Source: a virus
Strand: one strand, 5' to 3'
Virus record (IMG/VR): IMGVR_UViG_3300042453_004661
Coordinates: 32,001 to 96,000 of that record
DNA: 64,000 bases
Position numbers and translations under genes: made by a program. Below the pieces are notes generated by a model. It was not told the DNA's origin. It saw nothing but the letters and a program-made list of their open reading frames with translations, and made no database searches. This document shows positions 9,681 through 19,562 of the stretch, one piece after another (the first letter of the stretch is position 1; each line of letters starts with the position of its first letter).

Positions 9681-12217
9681 TGTCGAGCAAAAAATCAAAA
9701 AAAACATCATTGACAAGAGGGATCAGGTACGACAATGCATTGAAGTCTGCTGGATTTCAAGATAATTATCGTTACTATTTTAGAATAAAAGAAGCGAGAG
9801 CAGATGGGACTACCGAGCAGAGCGACCCCACCAATGCTTCGCAAACCTCATCCTTTAAGAAAGAAGACAATACTGGAGCGATAATTATTAAAGAGGTTCA
9901 GGCCTGGGCAGATCCTGGGACAGAGTCTATTATCGCATTAGACATTCCTCCTTCCGCAGTAACAATTACCTCGCCATTTGCCATTTCTGTTATCGCAACA
10001 AACAAAGGCATTCTCGAGGAGCATAACGGTCTTGTATTTAAGACAATCGTAATATCAGGTAATACTGGCATACTCCCAAGAGACCGACAAGGTGCGCTTT
10101 CCGGCAAGGCTAAAAACACCTGGCTCAGCAACTATCTTCCAGAAACTGGAGCATCAGTCAATAAGCTTGTGGGGTCAATAAAGAAACTGGTCAATCCATC
10201 GAATAGCGATATACCCAGTGAAGCAGACTACAATCGGTTTGCAACAAACCCCAGCACCGGATATGCAAAATTTTGGAGATTACACAATTTCTTAGTTTCT
10301 TATGCAGACGCAAAAAAGAGTGGGCGATGGAAGAATGCTCGCTTAGTTTTTGGATGCCCTAAAGACAACATTGAATATGTTTGCACTCCTATTCAATTTG
10401 AGATGAAGAGAGATGCATCGAGGCCTCTTACATACAATTACATGATTGTATTGAAGGCCTGGGAGCTGACAAAGCCATTCTTCCCGGCGATTAAAGATCT
10501 ACAGATTCCTAGTCCCCGAAACCCTGGAGCCATAAAGGATCTTGCCAATTCTGTTATGTCTGCAAGAGATGTTATACAGAATGGCCGAAATGTATTGCTT
10601 GGTGTCAATAATGATATTCAATCAGTCCTAAATGTAGCTTCACAAGTTATTTTCTTTACCAAGGACCTGGCTGGGCTTGCGACTGATATTCTTGATTTTC
10701 CTACATTATTTCTCAATAATATAGATCAAATGATCGTAGGATCTTGGGAGCAAATGGCTGCGGCCATGGAGACTGCATTTCAGAGCGGTGACGAGAGGCT
10801 AAAAAGGGTTCTTGGTGGGGTCAGGCCGTTTGATAATTCAGCGTCGGAAGCTGTTGGCGCCGGGTCGTCTGTAGCCTCTGCTCAATCAAACTCCCCAACA
10901 GGAACATCTTTTGACCCAAAGACTTCCCAAAGCACTCCCGCAAAATTATCTGCAGAAAGTTTTGCTCGATATGCCCTTCAGAATTCGGCAATCGGGTCAA
11001 GCATCAATTTGGACTCAATCGCTCTTCCTGACAATCTTAAACAGGATTTAGAATCACAAAAAGAAGAAGCCAGGAATATAACAACTGGTGACATTCGGGA
11101 TCTGCAGGCTGATTTGCAGAATACATCGGATAATCTTGCCCAGTCTATCGGGCTAATGGATGAAGCCTATGCGACTACCTATGGATTGCCCCCACCAGAC
11201 CTTGGTCGGGCTCCAACAGAGGATGACATCATATTGATGGCTTCATTGCAAGAGCAGAAAGACGGATTTGGATCTCTTCTTTCTACCGGAGAGCTATTGA
11301 AAGAAGCCTCTGCAGATCCTTTTGTGTCGGCCAATAATAATCTTCCAGAAGATGATGCAATAAATGCTCCTCCTTCAGCCTTCTTGACAAGGATCAATAA
11401 CGGGGAAAACTTACAAGATGTTGCAGGAAGGACCTTGGGGGATTCCTCTAGGTGGAGAGAGATCGCAATCCTCAATGACCTAAAGCCCCCATATGTTACA
11501 TCTCAGCTTCTGTCTAAGACTTTTACAGCTCCGTTTGGCCGGACGGTATTGGTATCAGATGCCAGCGATTTAGCCATTGGGGAATATGTGACTATATTTG
11601 CCACATCATCAACTCGGCGTAAGATTTTAAATATAGAAAATTTTGACTCATCATTCAGGATTACTTTTGACGGCCCAGATAATCTTTCGGCTTTTGTGTC
11701 CTCACCTGTCAAGAATCTATTGTATGCCCAGGCTGGCACTGTTGTTTCTGGAGATCCTATCCTAATTCCATCAGCAGGAGAAGCAGAAGATCTATCTACA
11801 CTTAGGCCAACTCCTCTTAATTCCCGACTCAGTAACGCTGAAAAGATCTTTAAAATCGATCTAGCGGTTAATGATTCTGGCGACTTTATCCTAAGTGGAG
11901 ATGGAGACATCAAGAGAAGTTATGGATATGACAATGCTATTCAGGCCATAAAGCTTGCCTTATCGGTTGAAAAAGGCGAACTTGAAAGGCATCCAAGCTA
12001 TGGCGTAGGCATTCCAATTGGATCTAGAAACAGCGACTTAGGCGTAAATCAGCTTGATAATCTTGTAAGGGAGCAAATCACATCAGATCCTAGATTTACC
12101 GATGTTGATACTCAGGTTAAGGTAAATGGATCTGAGGTCAGGATTGAAGTATTAGCTAGAGGGGCAGAAAGCACTGGACTTATCCCGATTGAATTCAGGG
12201 TTGGAGATCCAGAGTAG
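9680..12217 (+). CDS. Baseplate protein: tube-initiator-like N-terminus + LysM-like domain + gp25-like C-terminus
   Basis: LysM/tail-X-like ENLQDVAGRTLGDSSRWREIAILNDLKPPY; C-terminal DLAV...GYDNAIQAIKLALSVEKGELERHPSYGVG...SDPRF resembling gp25/wedge subunits. Confidence 0.65.
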   Translation: MSSKKSKKTSLTRGIRYDNALKSAGFQDNYRYYFRIKEARADGTTEQSDPTNASQTSSFKKEDNTGAIIIKEVQAWADPGTESIIALDIPPSAVTITSPFAISVIATNKGILEEHNGLVFKTIVISGNTGILPRDRQGALSGKAKNTWLSNYLPETGASVNKLVGSIKKLVNPSNSDIPSEADYNRFATNPSTGYAKFWRLHNFLVSYADAKKSGRWKNARLVFGCPKDNIEYVCTPIQFEMKRDASRPLTYNYMIVLKAWELTKPFFPAIKDLQIPSPRNPGAIKDLANSVMSARDVIQNGRNVLLGVNNDIQSVLNVASQVIFFTKDLAGLATDILDFPTLFLNNIDQMIVGSWEQMAAAMETAFQSGDERLKRVLGGVRPFDNSASEAVGAGSSVASAQSNSPTGTSFDPKTSQSTPAKLSAESFARYALQNSAIGSSINLDSIALPDNLKQDLESQKEEARNITTGDIRDLQADLQNTSDNLAQSIGLMDEAYATTYGLPPPDLGRAPTEDDIILMASLQEQKDGFGSLLSTGELLKEASADPFVSANNNLPEDDAINAPPSAFLTRINNGENLQDVAGRTLGDSSRWREIAILNDLKPPYVTSQLLSKTFTAPFGRTVLVSDASDLAIGEYVTIFATSSTRRKILNIENFDSSFRITFDGPDNLSAFVSSPVKNLLYAQAGTVVSGDPILIPSAGEAEDLSTLRPTPLNSRLSNAEKIFKIDLAVNDSGDFILSGDGDIKRSYGYDNAIQAIKLALSVEKGELERHPSYGVGIPIGSRNSDLGVNQLDNLVREQITSDPRFTDVDTQVKVNGSEVRIEVLARGAESTGLIPIEFRVGDPE

Positions 12218-12224
12218 CCTAGAT

Positions 12225-12239
12225 AAGGTAAAATAGTAA
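12225..12239 (+). promoter_or_regulatory. Putative late-promoter motif AAGGTAAAATAGTAA
   Basis: 14 of 15 nt identical to 32052-32066; intergenic, just upstream of the baseplate-J gene. Confidence 0.5.
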
Positions 12240-12243
12240 TAAT

Positions 12244-15200
12244 ATGGCAGATATAGTTCTAAGAAGTCTACAGCAAATTGAGGGCCGGATGATTGCCAAG
12301 CTATTGGCTGAAACCGACCTAAACGATCTATCTCCCGGGTCTGTATGGCTCACCATGATCGAGGCAGCTGCCGGGTCAGACTTTCAGACTGAAGGCAAGC
12401 TTCTTCAGTTGATGAATATCAGAAACCTTGACAAGACCACGGGGACAGACCTTGAGAAGCTGGCCCTAGAGCTTGGCGTAACGCCCAGCCGGATTGGGGC
12501 TAGTCCAGCTCGAGCCAAGGTTACTATAGGCGATTCTGCGTTTACCAAAGTTTTTTCAAATATCTACTCAGGCCTATCGAGCCCCGTCGCTGGCGATACA
12601 TCTATTGCGATTGTCGATGGATCAGGATTCTCGGCATCTGGCACTATCTACATCGCCCGTGGCTTTGCTTCTTACGAAGCCGTATCTTATATTTCTGCCG
12701 TTGACAGTGGCCCGTACTGGACCCTCACTCTATCAAGTCCTCTCGGCAAAGATCACTTGGTAGGCGAAGAGGTTGTTTTGGCCCAGGGAGGCAATCGCCT
12801 TATCCCTGCCGGGACAACAGTCAGTGCAGGATCTGGGGTCGATTTTAACACCATTGTTGACTACACGATTCTTGATGGAGAAGATTCTCTTCCTAATATT
12901 GATGTAACAGCAAGTACACCAGGAGAATCTGGCAATGTAGGCCGTAACAAGATTACGCAGTTTAGCGGATCTCCATTCTCGACGGCCACAGTCACTAACC
13001 CAGATCCCGCTAACGGCGGTAAAGAATCTGAAACCGATGCTGAACTTAGGCAACGGGTAAAAGATCATGTCCACAATCTTGGCCGTGGTACAAAGAAAGC
13101 TATTTATCGTGCCGTAATCGGCGTGTCTGATCCAGACGAAGGCAAGAGGGTTATCTCTGCATTCCTTCGTGAGCCAGCCGAGGCAGGACAGATTGGTGTA
13201 TTGTTTATCGATGACGGCACAGGATTCGCACCAACATTCTCCGGAATAGGCGAAGAAGTCCTCGTCACCTCTGCAGCTGGAACCGAGCAATTCCTTCAGC
13301 TCCAGAAATGGCCAGTCGTTAAGGCCCAGGCAGCTTCTATCTCTCTCGAGCCCTTTAAGTTGGTAGGCGGGGAGCAATTCTTGTTCGAGGTAGATGGCAC
13401 TACTGAGACCCAAACAATTCCATCTTCTTATTTCCGCTCTCCAGGTGTCGTAACTGCTCAGGAAATAGCCGAAGCTATCAATACTATCTATACAACAGTC
13501 GAGGCCCGGGCCAAAGACGGTAGGCTATTTGTTACCCCCACCGCAAGCGACCCTGACTATATCCGAGTCGGCGTTGCAACAAACGATGCAAATGCATCAG
13601 TTCGATTCCCTACCAATCGCCAATACACTATCCGCCTCTATAAGAACGATGTCCTTCTAGAGAAGTCTGGTCGTGCAGGAAGCCTTCAGTCCAAGCCTAA
13701 CAGCCAGTGGCCAGTATTTGCTAGCTCCGAAACTATCCAGCTCCAGGTAGACGGGATTGCATTCGGCATGTTGATTACTTTTACCGATGCAGACTTTGCG
13801 GCCAATACATCCTCGCTCACTATCAATGGCGCAAGTGCCAGCGATTGGGTCAAGATCTTCAATCTTAGAATCCCTGGCATCCAGGCAAAAGCTAATGACG
13901 ATGGATCTTTCACCCTCACATCAAACCTTGGGAATAACGACAAGTCCGAAGTCAAGATAATCGGTGGGTCGCTAAACGGGACCTTATTCGAGCCATTTGC
14001 AGGAACTACTGGTAAAGGATCTGACTTCAAACTCAATAGATTGCTTGGCCAGATCGAACTAGCTGAAAGGCTTGTGGAAGGCGATGAGTTAAAAGCTGGG
14101 ACAGTAAATACTCGAGCATTCTTTGACACAACAGAAAATGCCAGCTTCAATCTTCCTCTTACTCTCGGGTCTCCCGGGCGCATGGTTATCGTAGCTAATG
14201 CGACTACCGCAAGCGTTGCCGTGGCTCAGACCGGAGTCATTACTTTTACAATTCCGACCGCAGGAGTCCAGAGAATCGCTGGATCTGCAGGCCAATTCTC
14301 GTCTGTGCGTAAAGACGATTATGCATTCCTATACAATACTCCAAGGAATGCATTGCTCAAGGTTAAAGATGTCGATCCTGCTGGGGCATATGTAGACTTT
14401 TTTGATCCTGCCCCTACCGGAGGATCTGCAACTATTAACGGAGCAAGTATCCGTATTAGTTTCTTTAGGACATCTGGCATTCCACAGGTATTTGAGCTTC
14501 CAGTTGGCCCAGAAGTGACTGGGTCTGATCTAGCTACTGCATTTAATGCTCAGATTACTGGAGCAAAAGCAAGCATCACAAATGGTGGAGCCGTCAGGTT
14601 CCAGACTCTTAGGTTTTCTTCTGAAGGAGGCCTAGGTCTTCCAGTCATTGCCGGGTCTGCATTCAATCTTGGAATTGATGAAGGAAGCTTGCAGTCAAAC
14701 GATCCGCATGTCGCATCTATTGAGTCTGCAGATTTGGCCGGATATCCGACTGGTCGATTCACAATAGCAACAGCCGACAATACTTTGCCATATACCCAAC
14801 TAAACGCAAGCGGAACCCCATTCCCTGATGTCTCATTTGCCAATAGGCCAGTATTGACCTATATCGGATCGGCCCAGGCGATTATCCGTCAGCCACAAGA
14901 AAAGCTTAGCTCGAGCCAGCTATTGCTCAGAAACTATACCCCATTCCAGAATATCGGCTTAGGTGCTGACATGAGAGGCACAACCTCTGACGGTCTCGAG
15001 CTTGGCGAAAAAGACAATATCGTATTCTTGATTGACGACGATGCGACCCAAAAGACTTTTGATATCCCGATGAACCTCCAGGGTCAAGTGGCTGGCCCAT
15101 CTGTACCAAACCTTTTCCAGTTTGATGCCAATGATTCGTCTGGCGCTAATCTAGGAACTTCTAGCCGTTGGCTTGGATATGAGTTTGCAGACTATAAGCT

Positions 15201-18033
15201 TCTATTGAGGGCTAGAAAAGACCTCGTCACACAAGGTCCAAATACCGGAATTAGGATCAGGTCTGTCGGATATGGCGATAATGGCAAAAAGATTCGGGCA
15301 GGATTGGTTTATCCATCGGCTCCTCTTACTGCCCCATCTGCAAGTTATGAGTTTGATGCAGTCAATGAAACAATCAGCATCAATTCTGTTATGGGATCTG
15401 GCGCCGAAAGAATCATCGGCATGGGCCCAAATGCCCCTATCTATGTTTCGTATACGGGCTCTGGCCCATATACCTACAGAGTCCAGATGATTCCTCCTGT
15501 CGATCTTTCTAGCGTATTAGTCAATGACATGTGCGCCTTGGCTGATCAGACATTCAGCTCTGCCAACAGAGCAACCATGAGAGTGACAGCAATCACTAAC
15601 TTGGTAGACTCGGCAAAGACTTTCCAGCATTTGGTTGAGGAAGCCAAGGGCGATATCGTTGGCGGTACAAGCTTGTCGCTTACGACCTCTACTACTCAGA
15701 CTATTCGTCCAGGCGATAAGATTGTTAAAAAGTCATTGTATGCCCAGGCGTCAGTGATCGGGGCATCTACGGTCGATGTTCCTGTAGCTTCTAACTTCTC
15801 TGCTGGCCCATCAACTTTTACAGCAAATGCTATTACATTCAACTATACTTCATACACCAGTGCGACTGGTCAGTTTGCCGGGGTCACTCCTGCGCCTACA
15901 GGCTTGATTAACCCGGGCGATGATATTGTTCAGAGTGTAGCAAATGAAACTTCTTATGTAGTTTCTGGATCTGGGCCCTACACTATCTCCCCATCAATTG
16001 GAAGTGGTTCCAATTTCATTTACGAGATTACCCACGCTTCTTTGACCGCAAATGCTCCGATCTCTTTTTCTCCTGCTGTCAATGACAAGCTCCAGGTTCT
16101 TTCAAATATCTACAACATAAATACCATATTCTCTGCTACAGAATTTGGTGTTAATAATCCATTCCAGTTCACTGGATCTCAGGCGGGTGTATTTAGCAGG
16201 GTCATCCTTACCCTTAGCAGGCAACAGCCTGGGGTCAACGAGAGCGTCAATGCATTGAGTGCCCAATCTTTAAGGGTATTTGAGCTAGATGCAACGGTTA
16301 ATAATGCCCAGGCCATGATCGACGCTATCAACAATACTGCAGGAGTAAATCTTCTTGTAGAAGCCCTTAGCTCTAGTGGCTCAGATGGTACGGGAGTATT
16401 GACTCAGTCTACCGAAGATGTATTAGGCTCTGCATACGAATCACTCCTCAATGGGTCAGGAGTCATCTCTAGTTCGGCAAACTCTAGTCCCAATATGACA
16501 CTTAAGTATGCTCTAGATATGCCTCTTGAAATCGGGGAATTATTTAAAATTCAGCCAATCACGCCGAAGAACGCTGCAGACCATCTTGCAAAGAAGCAGA
16601 TTTCTGGTCTCTCTGTTGCAGCTGATGTCGCACTCGTCAATGTAGGCCGTAGCGTCCAGGTCAGCTCCAAGGTTCCTGGGGGATTTGGTCAGGTTTATGC
16701 GGTTGGCGGAAGAGCATCAAGCTCAACATTCCTTGATGTCAAGAATAATATCCAGGAAATCAGTGCCACCAAAGCAATTATCGAGCTAGATGCTTCTGCT
16801 CGAGAAGTCGTCCAGCCAGGCCATTTGGTGAAAGTTAGCCAGACTGGTCTTGCCAAGAAAGAATGGACCGCTGGAAGCCCGACCCCTACTGACACTATTG
16901 AGATCACGATCCCGTCTACAGGCGTAGGTCAGATTACTTGCTCAAAACCTTTTGCTTCTATTTATTCTTACACCCACACCGGAACAGTAGTATGGGCGGT
17001 AAGAAAACTGTCAAGGAATAGATACAGGTATGAGGCAATCTCTGGCACAGCAACTCTTCCTGCAGGCTATCAGTCTGGCGACTGGGTGCTTGTCGGGAAC
17101 GGATCAGCATATGCAGGGATTACACCTCCTAGCCTCTTCGCAAGTGCCAACCAAGGACTATTCCAGATAGTAGAAGCAGGATCTGTCTATTTTGATGTCG
17201 ATAATTCTTCTGGTGTAGAAGAGTATGTTTCTGCAAGTGCTAGCCCATTCTTGTTTGCGCCTTACCATTCTGCCCAGGTAGGCGACAAGATCGTACTCGA
17301 TGCCGAGGCCCCGGTTGCTACAGCCAACAAGGGCACATTCACTATTACTGAAGTAGTTGATGCGAATACAGTTAAGTATACTAATCCATCAGTTGAAATC
17401 CAGGCCCCAGTTGCGTTTGGGCCAATAACATCTTCTGTATATCTTTTGGACAGGGGATATTCAACTTATCGTCGAGTCGTTATGGTTCTACCGAAACCTT
17501 CCGATCCTTCTACACGATCTCTCATGGTCGTTACACCAGGGTACGATATGGCATTATTCAGCGAGTCTGCTAGTGCCCGAATTGAATTGCCAAACCGCCT
17601 CGGGTTCTCTTCCCAGCCAGTCCCGGGCATGAACGGGTATTCCTACTGGATCGGCCTCAAGCAAAGGGTTCAATACACCCTGGACGGATATGCTCCAGAC
17701 TCTGCTACATTCCCAGGTGTACGAGCTGCAGGGGTAGCGATTGAAGCAAGGGAGCCCCAGATCCAACGGGTTAGCTTGTCTATCAGGATCAAGACCAAAG
17801 AAGGGGTAGCCCTAAGTAGCATCTCTGACAGCATCAAGAATGCCGTAGTCGGATATGTCAACTCACTTGGTCTTGGCCAAGATGTTGTAATCTCAGAGAT
17901 TATTTCTTTGATTCAACAGACATCCGGGGTCGATGCGGTAGTATTTTTAATTCCAGCACCCGGCACTGAGCGTATTACAATAGCAGATAAGGCTATTGCA
18001 AGAACTAGCTCTAATGATGTGGTGTTGTCATGA
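12244..18033 (+). CDS. Giant baseplate J-like wedge protein
   Basis: Baseplate_J hallmarks (GTDLEKLA...G; ASTPGESGNV; NPDPANGGKESETDAELRQR; C-terminal YVNSLGLGQDVVISEII...GVDAV), with more than 1300 aa of inserted beta-rich domains. Confidence 0.8.
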   Translation: MADIVLRSLQQIEGRMIAKLLAETDLNDLSPGSVWLTMIEAAAGSDFQTEGKLLQLMNIRNLDKTTGTDLEKLALELGVTPSRIGASPARAKVTIGDSAFTKVFSNIYSGLSSPVAGDTSIAIVDGSGFSASGTIYIARGFASYEAVSYISAVDSGPYWTLTLSSPLGKDHLVGEEVVLAQGGNRLIPAGTTVSAGSGVDFNTIVDYTILDGEDSLPNIDVTASTPGESGNVGRNKITQFSGSPFSTATVTNPDPANGGKESETDAELRQRVKDHVHNLGRGTKKAIYRAVIGVSDPDEGKRVISAFLREPAEAGQIGVLFIDDGTGFAPTFSGIGEEVLVTSAAGTEQFLQLQKWPVVKAQAASISLEPFKLVGGEQFLFEVDGTTETQTIPSSYFRSPGVVTAQEIAEAINTIYTTVEARAKDGRLFVTPTASDPDYIRVGVATNDANASVRFPTNRQYTIRLYKNDVLLEKSGRAGSLQSKPNSQWPVFASSETIQLQVDGIAFGMLITFTDADFAANTSSLTINGASASDWVKIFNLRIPGIQAKANDDGSFTLTSNLGNNDKSEVKIIGGSLNGTLFEPFAGTTGKGSDFKLNRLLGQIELAERLVEGDELKAGTVNTRAFFDTTENASFNLPLTLGSPGRMVIVANATTASVAVAQTGVITFTIPTAGVQRIAGSAGQFSSVRKDDYAFLYNTPRNALLKVKDVDPAGAYVDFFDPAPTGGSATINGASIRISFFRTSGIPQVFELPVGPEVTGSDLATAFNAQITGAKASITNGGAVRFQTLRFSSEGGLGLPVIAGSAFNLGIDEGSLQSNDPHVASIESADLAGYPTGRFTIATADNTLPYTQLNASGTPFPDVSFANRPVLTYIGSAQAIIRQPQEKLSSSQLLLRNYTPFQNIGLGADMRGTTSDGLELGEKDNIVFLIDDDATQKTFDIPMNLQGQVAGPSVPNLFQFDANDSSGANLGTSSRWLGYEFADYKLLLRARKDLVTQGPNTGIRIRSVGYGDNGKKIRAGLVYPSAPLTAPSASYEFDAVNETISINSVMGSGAERIIGMGPNAPIYVSYTGSGPYTYRVQMIPPVDLSSVLVNDMCALADQTFSSANRATMRVTAITNLVDSAKTFQHLVEEAKGDIVGGTSLSLTTSTTQTIRPGDKIVKKSLYAQASVIGASTVDVPVASNFSAGPSTFTANAITFNYTSYTSATGQFAGVTPAPTGLINPGDDIVQSVANETSYVVSGSGPYTISPSIGSGSNFIYEITHASLTANAPISFSPAVNDKLQVLSNIYNINTIFSATEFGVNNPFQFTGSQAGVFSRVILTLSRQQPGVNESVNALSAQSLRVFELDATVNNAQAMIDAINNTAGVNLLVEALSSSGSDGTGVLTQSTEDVLGSAYESLLNGSGVISSSANSSPNMTLKYALDMPLEIGELFKIQPITPKNAADHLAKKQISGLSVAADVALVNVGRSVQVSSKVPGGFGQVYAVGGRASSSTFLDVKNNIQEISATKAIIELDASAREVVQPGHLVKVSQTGLAKKEWTAGSPTPTDTIEITIPSTGVGQITCSKPFASIYSYTHTGTVVWAVRKLSRNRYRYEAISGTATLPAGYQSGDWVLVGNGSAYAGITPPSLFASANQGLFQIVEAGSVYFDVDNSSGVEEYVSASASPFLFAPYHSAQVGDKIVLDAEAPVATANKGTFTITEVVDANTVKYTNPSVEIQAPVAFGPITSSVYLLDRGYSTYRRVVMVLPKPSDPSTRSLMVVTPGYDMALFSESASARIELPNRLGFSSQPVPGMNGYSYWIGLKQRVQYTLDGYAPDSATFPGVRAAGVAIEAREPQIQRVSLSIRIKTKEGVALSSISDSIKNAVVGYVNSLGLGQDVVISEIISLIQQTSGVDAVVFLIPAPGTERITIADKAIARTSSNDVVLS

Positions 18034-18233
18034 AAGAATTTAAAAAACTACTCGATTGTCTTAACCGTCAAGTTTCTGAGCTAGAGCTATCTTGTAAAGC
18101 CAAAGATGCTAAGATAGCGGAACTTGAAAAGAAGTTGACAGAAGTCAATAAAAAAGGTATAAAAGATAAGTGGGACAAGCCACAGGAAGACCAGGCGGAG
18201 ACTGCCCACGCAAAAGCTAGCAAAAGTCAATAG
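18030..18233 (+). CDS. Small coiled-coil protein
   Basis: 67 aa; ATGA overlap with the J stop codon; heptad pattern. Confidence 0.5.
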   Translation: MKEFKKLLDCLNRQVSELELSCKAKDAKIAELEKKLTEVNKKGIKDKWDKPQEDQAETAHAKASKSQ

Positions 18234-18242
18234 AAATAGTTT

Positions 18243-19562
18243 ATGAGCAAACTACCTCCATTTTTTTCTAAGACCCAAGACCTTCAAAAAGCCGAGGATG
18301 AGACTATCAATCCTACGCTTGGCCTTGAGACTCCAAAGAAAATCATCAAGCTTAAAGAAGGACACAATAAAGGCCGTCAGGCTAAGGTAGTAGCTGAAAA
18401 CTCCCAAGAATTTAAGATCGTCCCCAGGACCAATCAAAAACCATTTAAGGTAGCTGGGGGGCCAGCCGATACTGCTGGTCAAATTCTTGATGAAGCAAAT
18501 AGTCCAATTGTATGGGAAAAGAATCGTAAACATGATATTTTGGCCCCAGGTGGGATTCACAAGAAAGAACACGAAGAAAAAGTAAAGAATATCTACCAAC
18601 CTAAAAAGGCCGAGCCTAATTTTGTATTTACAAAAGACAATCACCACCAAGGCATCCCTCATGATGAAGATCAAAAGAATCTAATTCATGGCATTGATCT
18701 TCGTGAGATTAAAAAGCTTGGCGATGCGGGAGGCGACTCAGATGACCTTGGATGGACCGCCGAGTGGGCAGCTTGTGGTGTTGGCAAGAATAAAGCCGGG
18801 AAAAGCTGTCTCGTCAAGGGTAGGATGCCGGATGAATTTCTAGATAAAAATTCTGGCATTGGTCGAGAGATGGCGTCAGATTATAAGTTATTCAGTACGG
18901 CACAGAGAGAAGCCGTTTATTACAATATAGCAAAAGCATTAGGGCTTCATAAATACATTCCTGTTACATCTGTTGTCCACGATCAAACCAAGGCCCCTGT
19001 AAAAAACTTTAAGAGGGCCCCACAGGATCATGGCCAGGCTGGCAATCATTACTCTGTCATGGAAATGATTCCAAATGCCAAGCATTACTCGGGCCTCCCC
19101 TCACAACTCGGCACAATGAAGAGAGCCCATGACAGTGGGGACCTACACAAGCTTGGCCTTATGAATGCTTTTTTGTATAATACAGATAGACATGGCAAGA
19201 ACTTCATGTTTAGTGAAAATAACAATAATTTTCACCTGATTGACCATGGCCTTACTTTTGGATATCGTGGAAGGCCATTTGTTATGCCTGCCTATCTTAG
19301 GATCGCCCATCTCGAGCATCGGCTTCCTGATGAAATACATCCGGAAGCCAGAAACTGGATCAATAATCTCAATATTGATGACATAAAAAAAGAGCTAGAC
19401 TCCCACGACATACCTATTCAGCACAAAAGAGCTACATTGGCTGCAATTCGAAAAGCAAAAGAATCGATTGGTGGAGATCCAGAGAATAAAAGAGCGTTTA
19501 GCTCACATCTAAGAGAGATAAGTAATGCAGGATTAAGATCATTCCTTAGAGGAGATGATTAA
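18243..19562 (+). CDS. PI3/PI4-kinase/HipA-like atypical kinase
   Basis: CLVKG (beta3 Lys), QREAVYY (alphaC Glu), catalytic NTDRHGKN, Mg-binding LIDHG; N-terminal DLQK|A motif. Confidence 0.75.
   Translation: MSKLPPFFSKTQDLQKAEDETINPTLGLETPKKIIKLKEGHNKGRQAKVVAENSQEFKIVPRTNQKPFKVAGGPADTAGQILDEANSPIVWEKNRKHDILAPGGIHKKEHEEKVKNIYQPKKAEPNFVFTKDNHHQGIPHDEDQKNLIHGIDLREIKKLGDAGGDSDDLGWTAEWAACGVGKNKAGKSCLVKGRMPDEFLDKNSGIGREMASDYKLFSTAQREAVYYNIAKALGLHKYIPVTSVVHDQTKAPVKNFKRAPQDHGQAGNHYSVMEMIPNAKHYSGLPSQLGTMKRAHDSGDLHKLGLMNAFLYNTDRHGKNFMFSENNNNFHLIDHGLTFGYRGRPFVMPAYLRIAHLEHRLPDEIHPEARNWINNLNIDDIKKELDSHDIPIQHKRATLAAIRKAKESIGGDPENKRAFSSHLREISNAGLRSFLRGDD

Noticed and set aside
1-18033. Bacterial contractile injection system or tailocin, or alternative genetic code
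   Set aside because: The adjacent helicase, early promoters, dense phage-type hypotheticals and large fibre complement indicate a phage genome. Long ORFs tile the window under the standard code, using all three stop codons.
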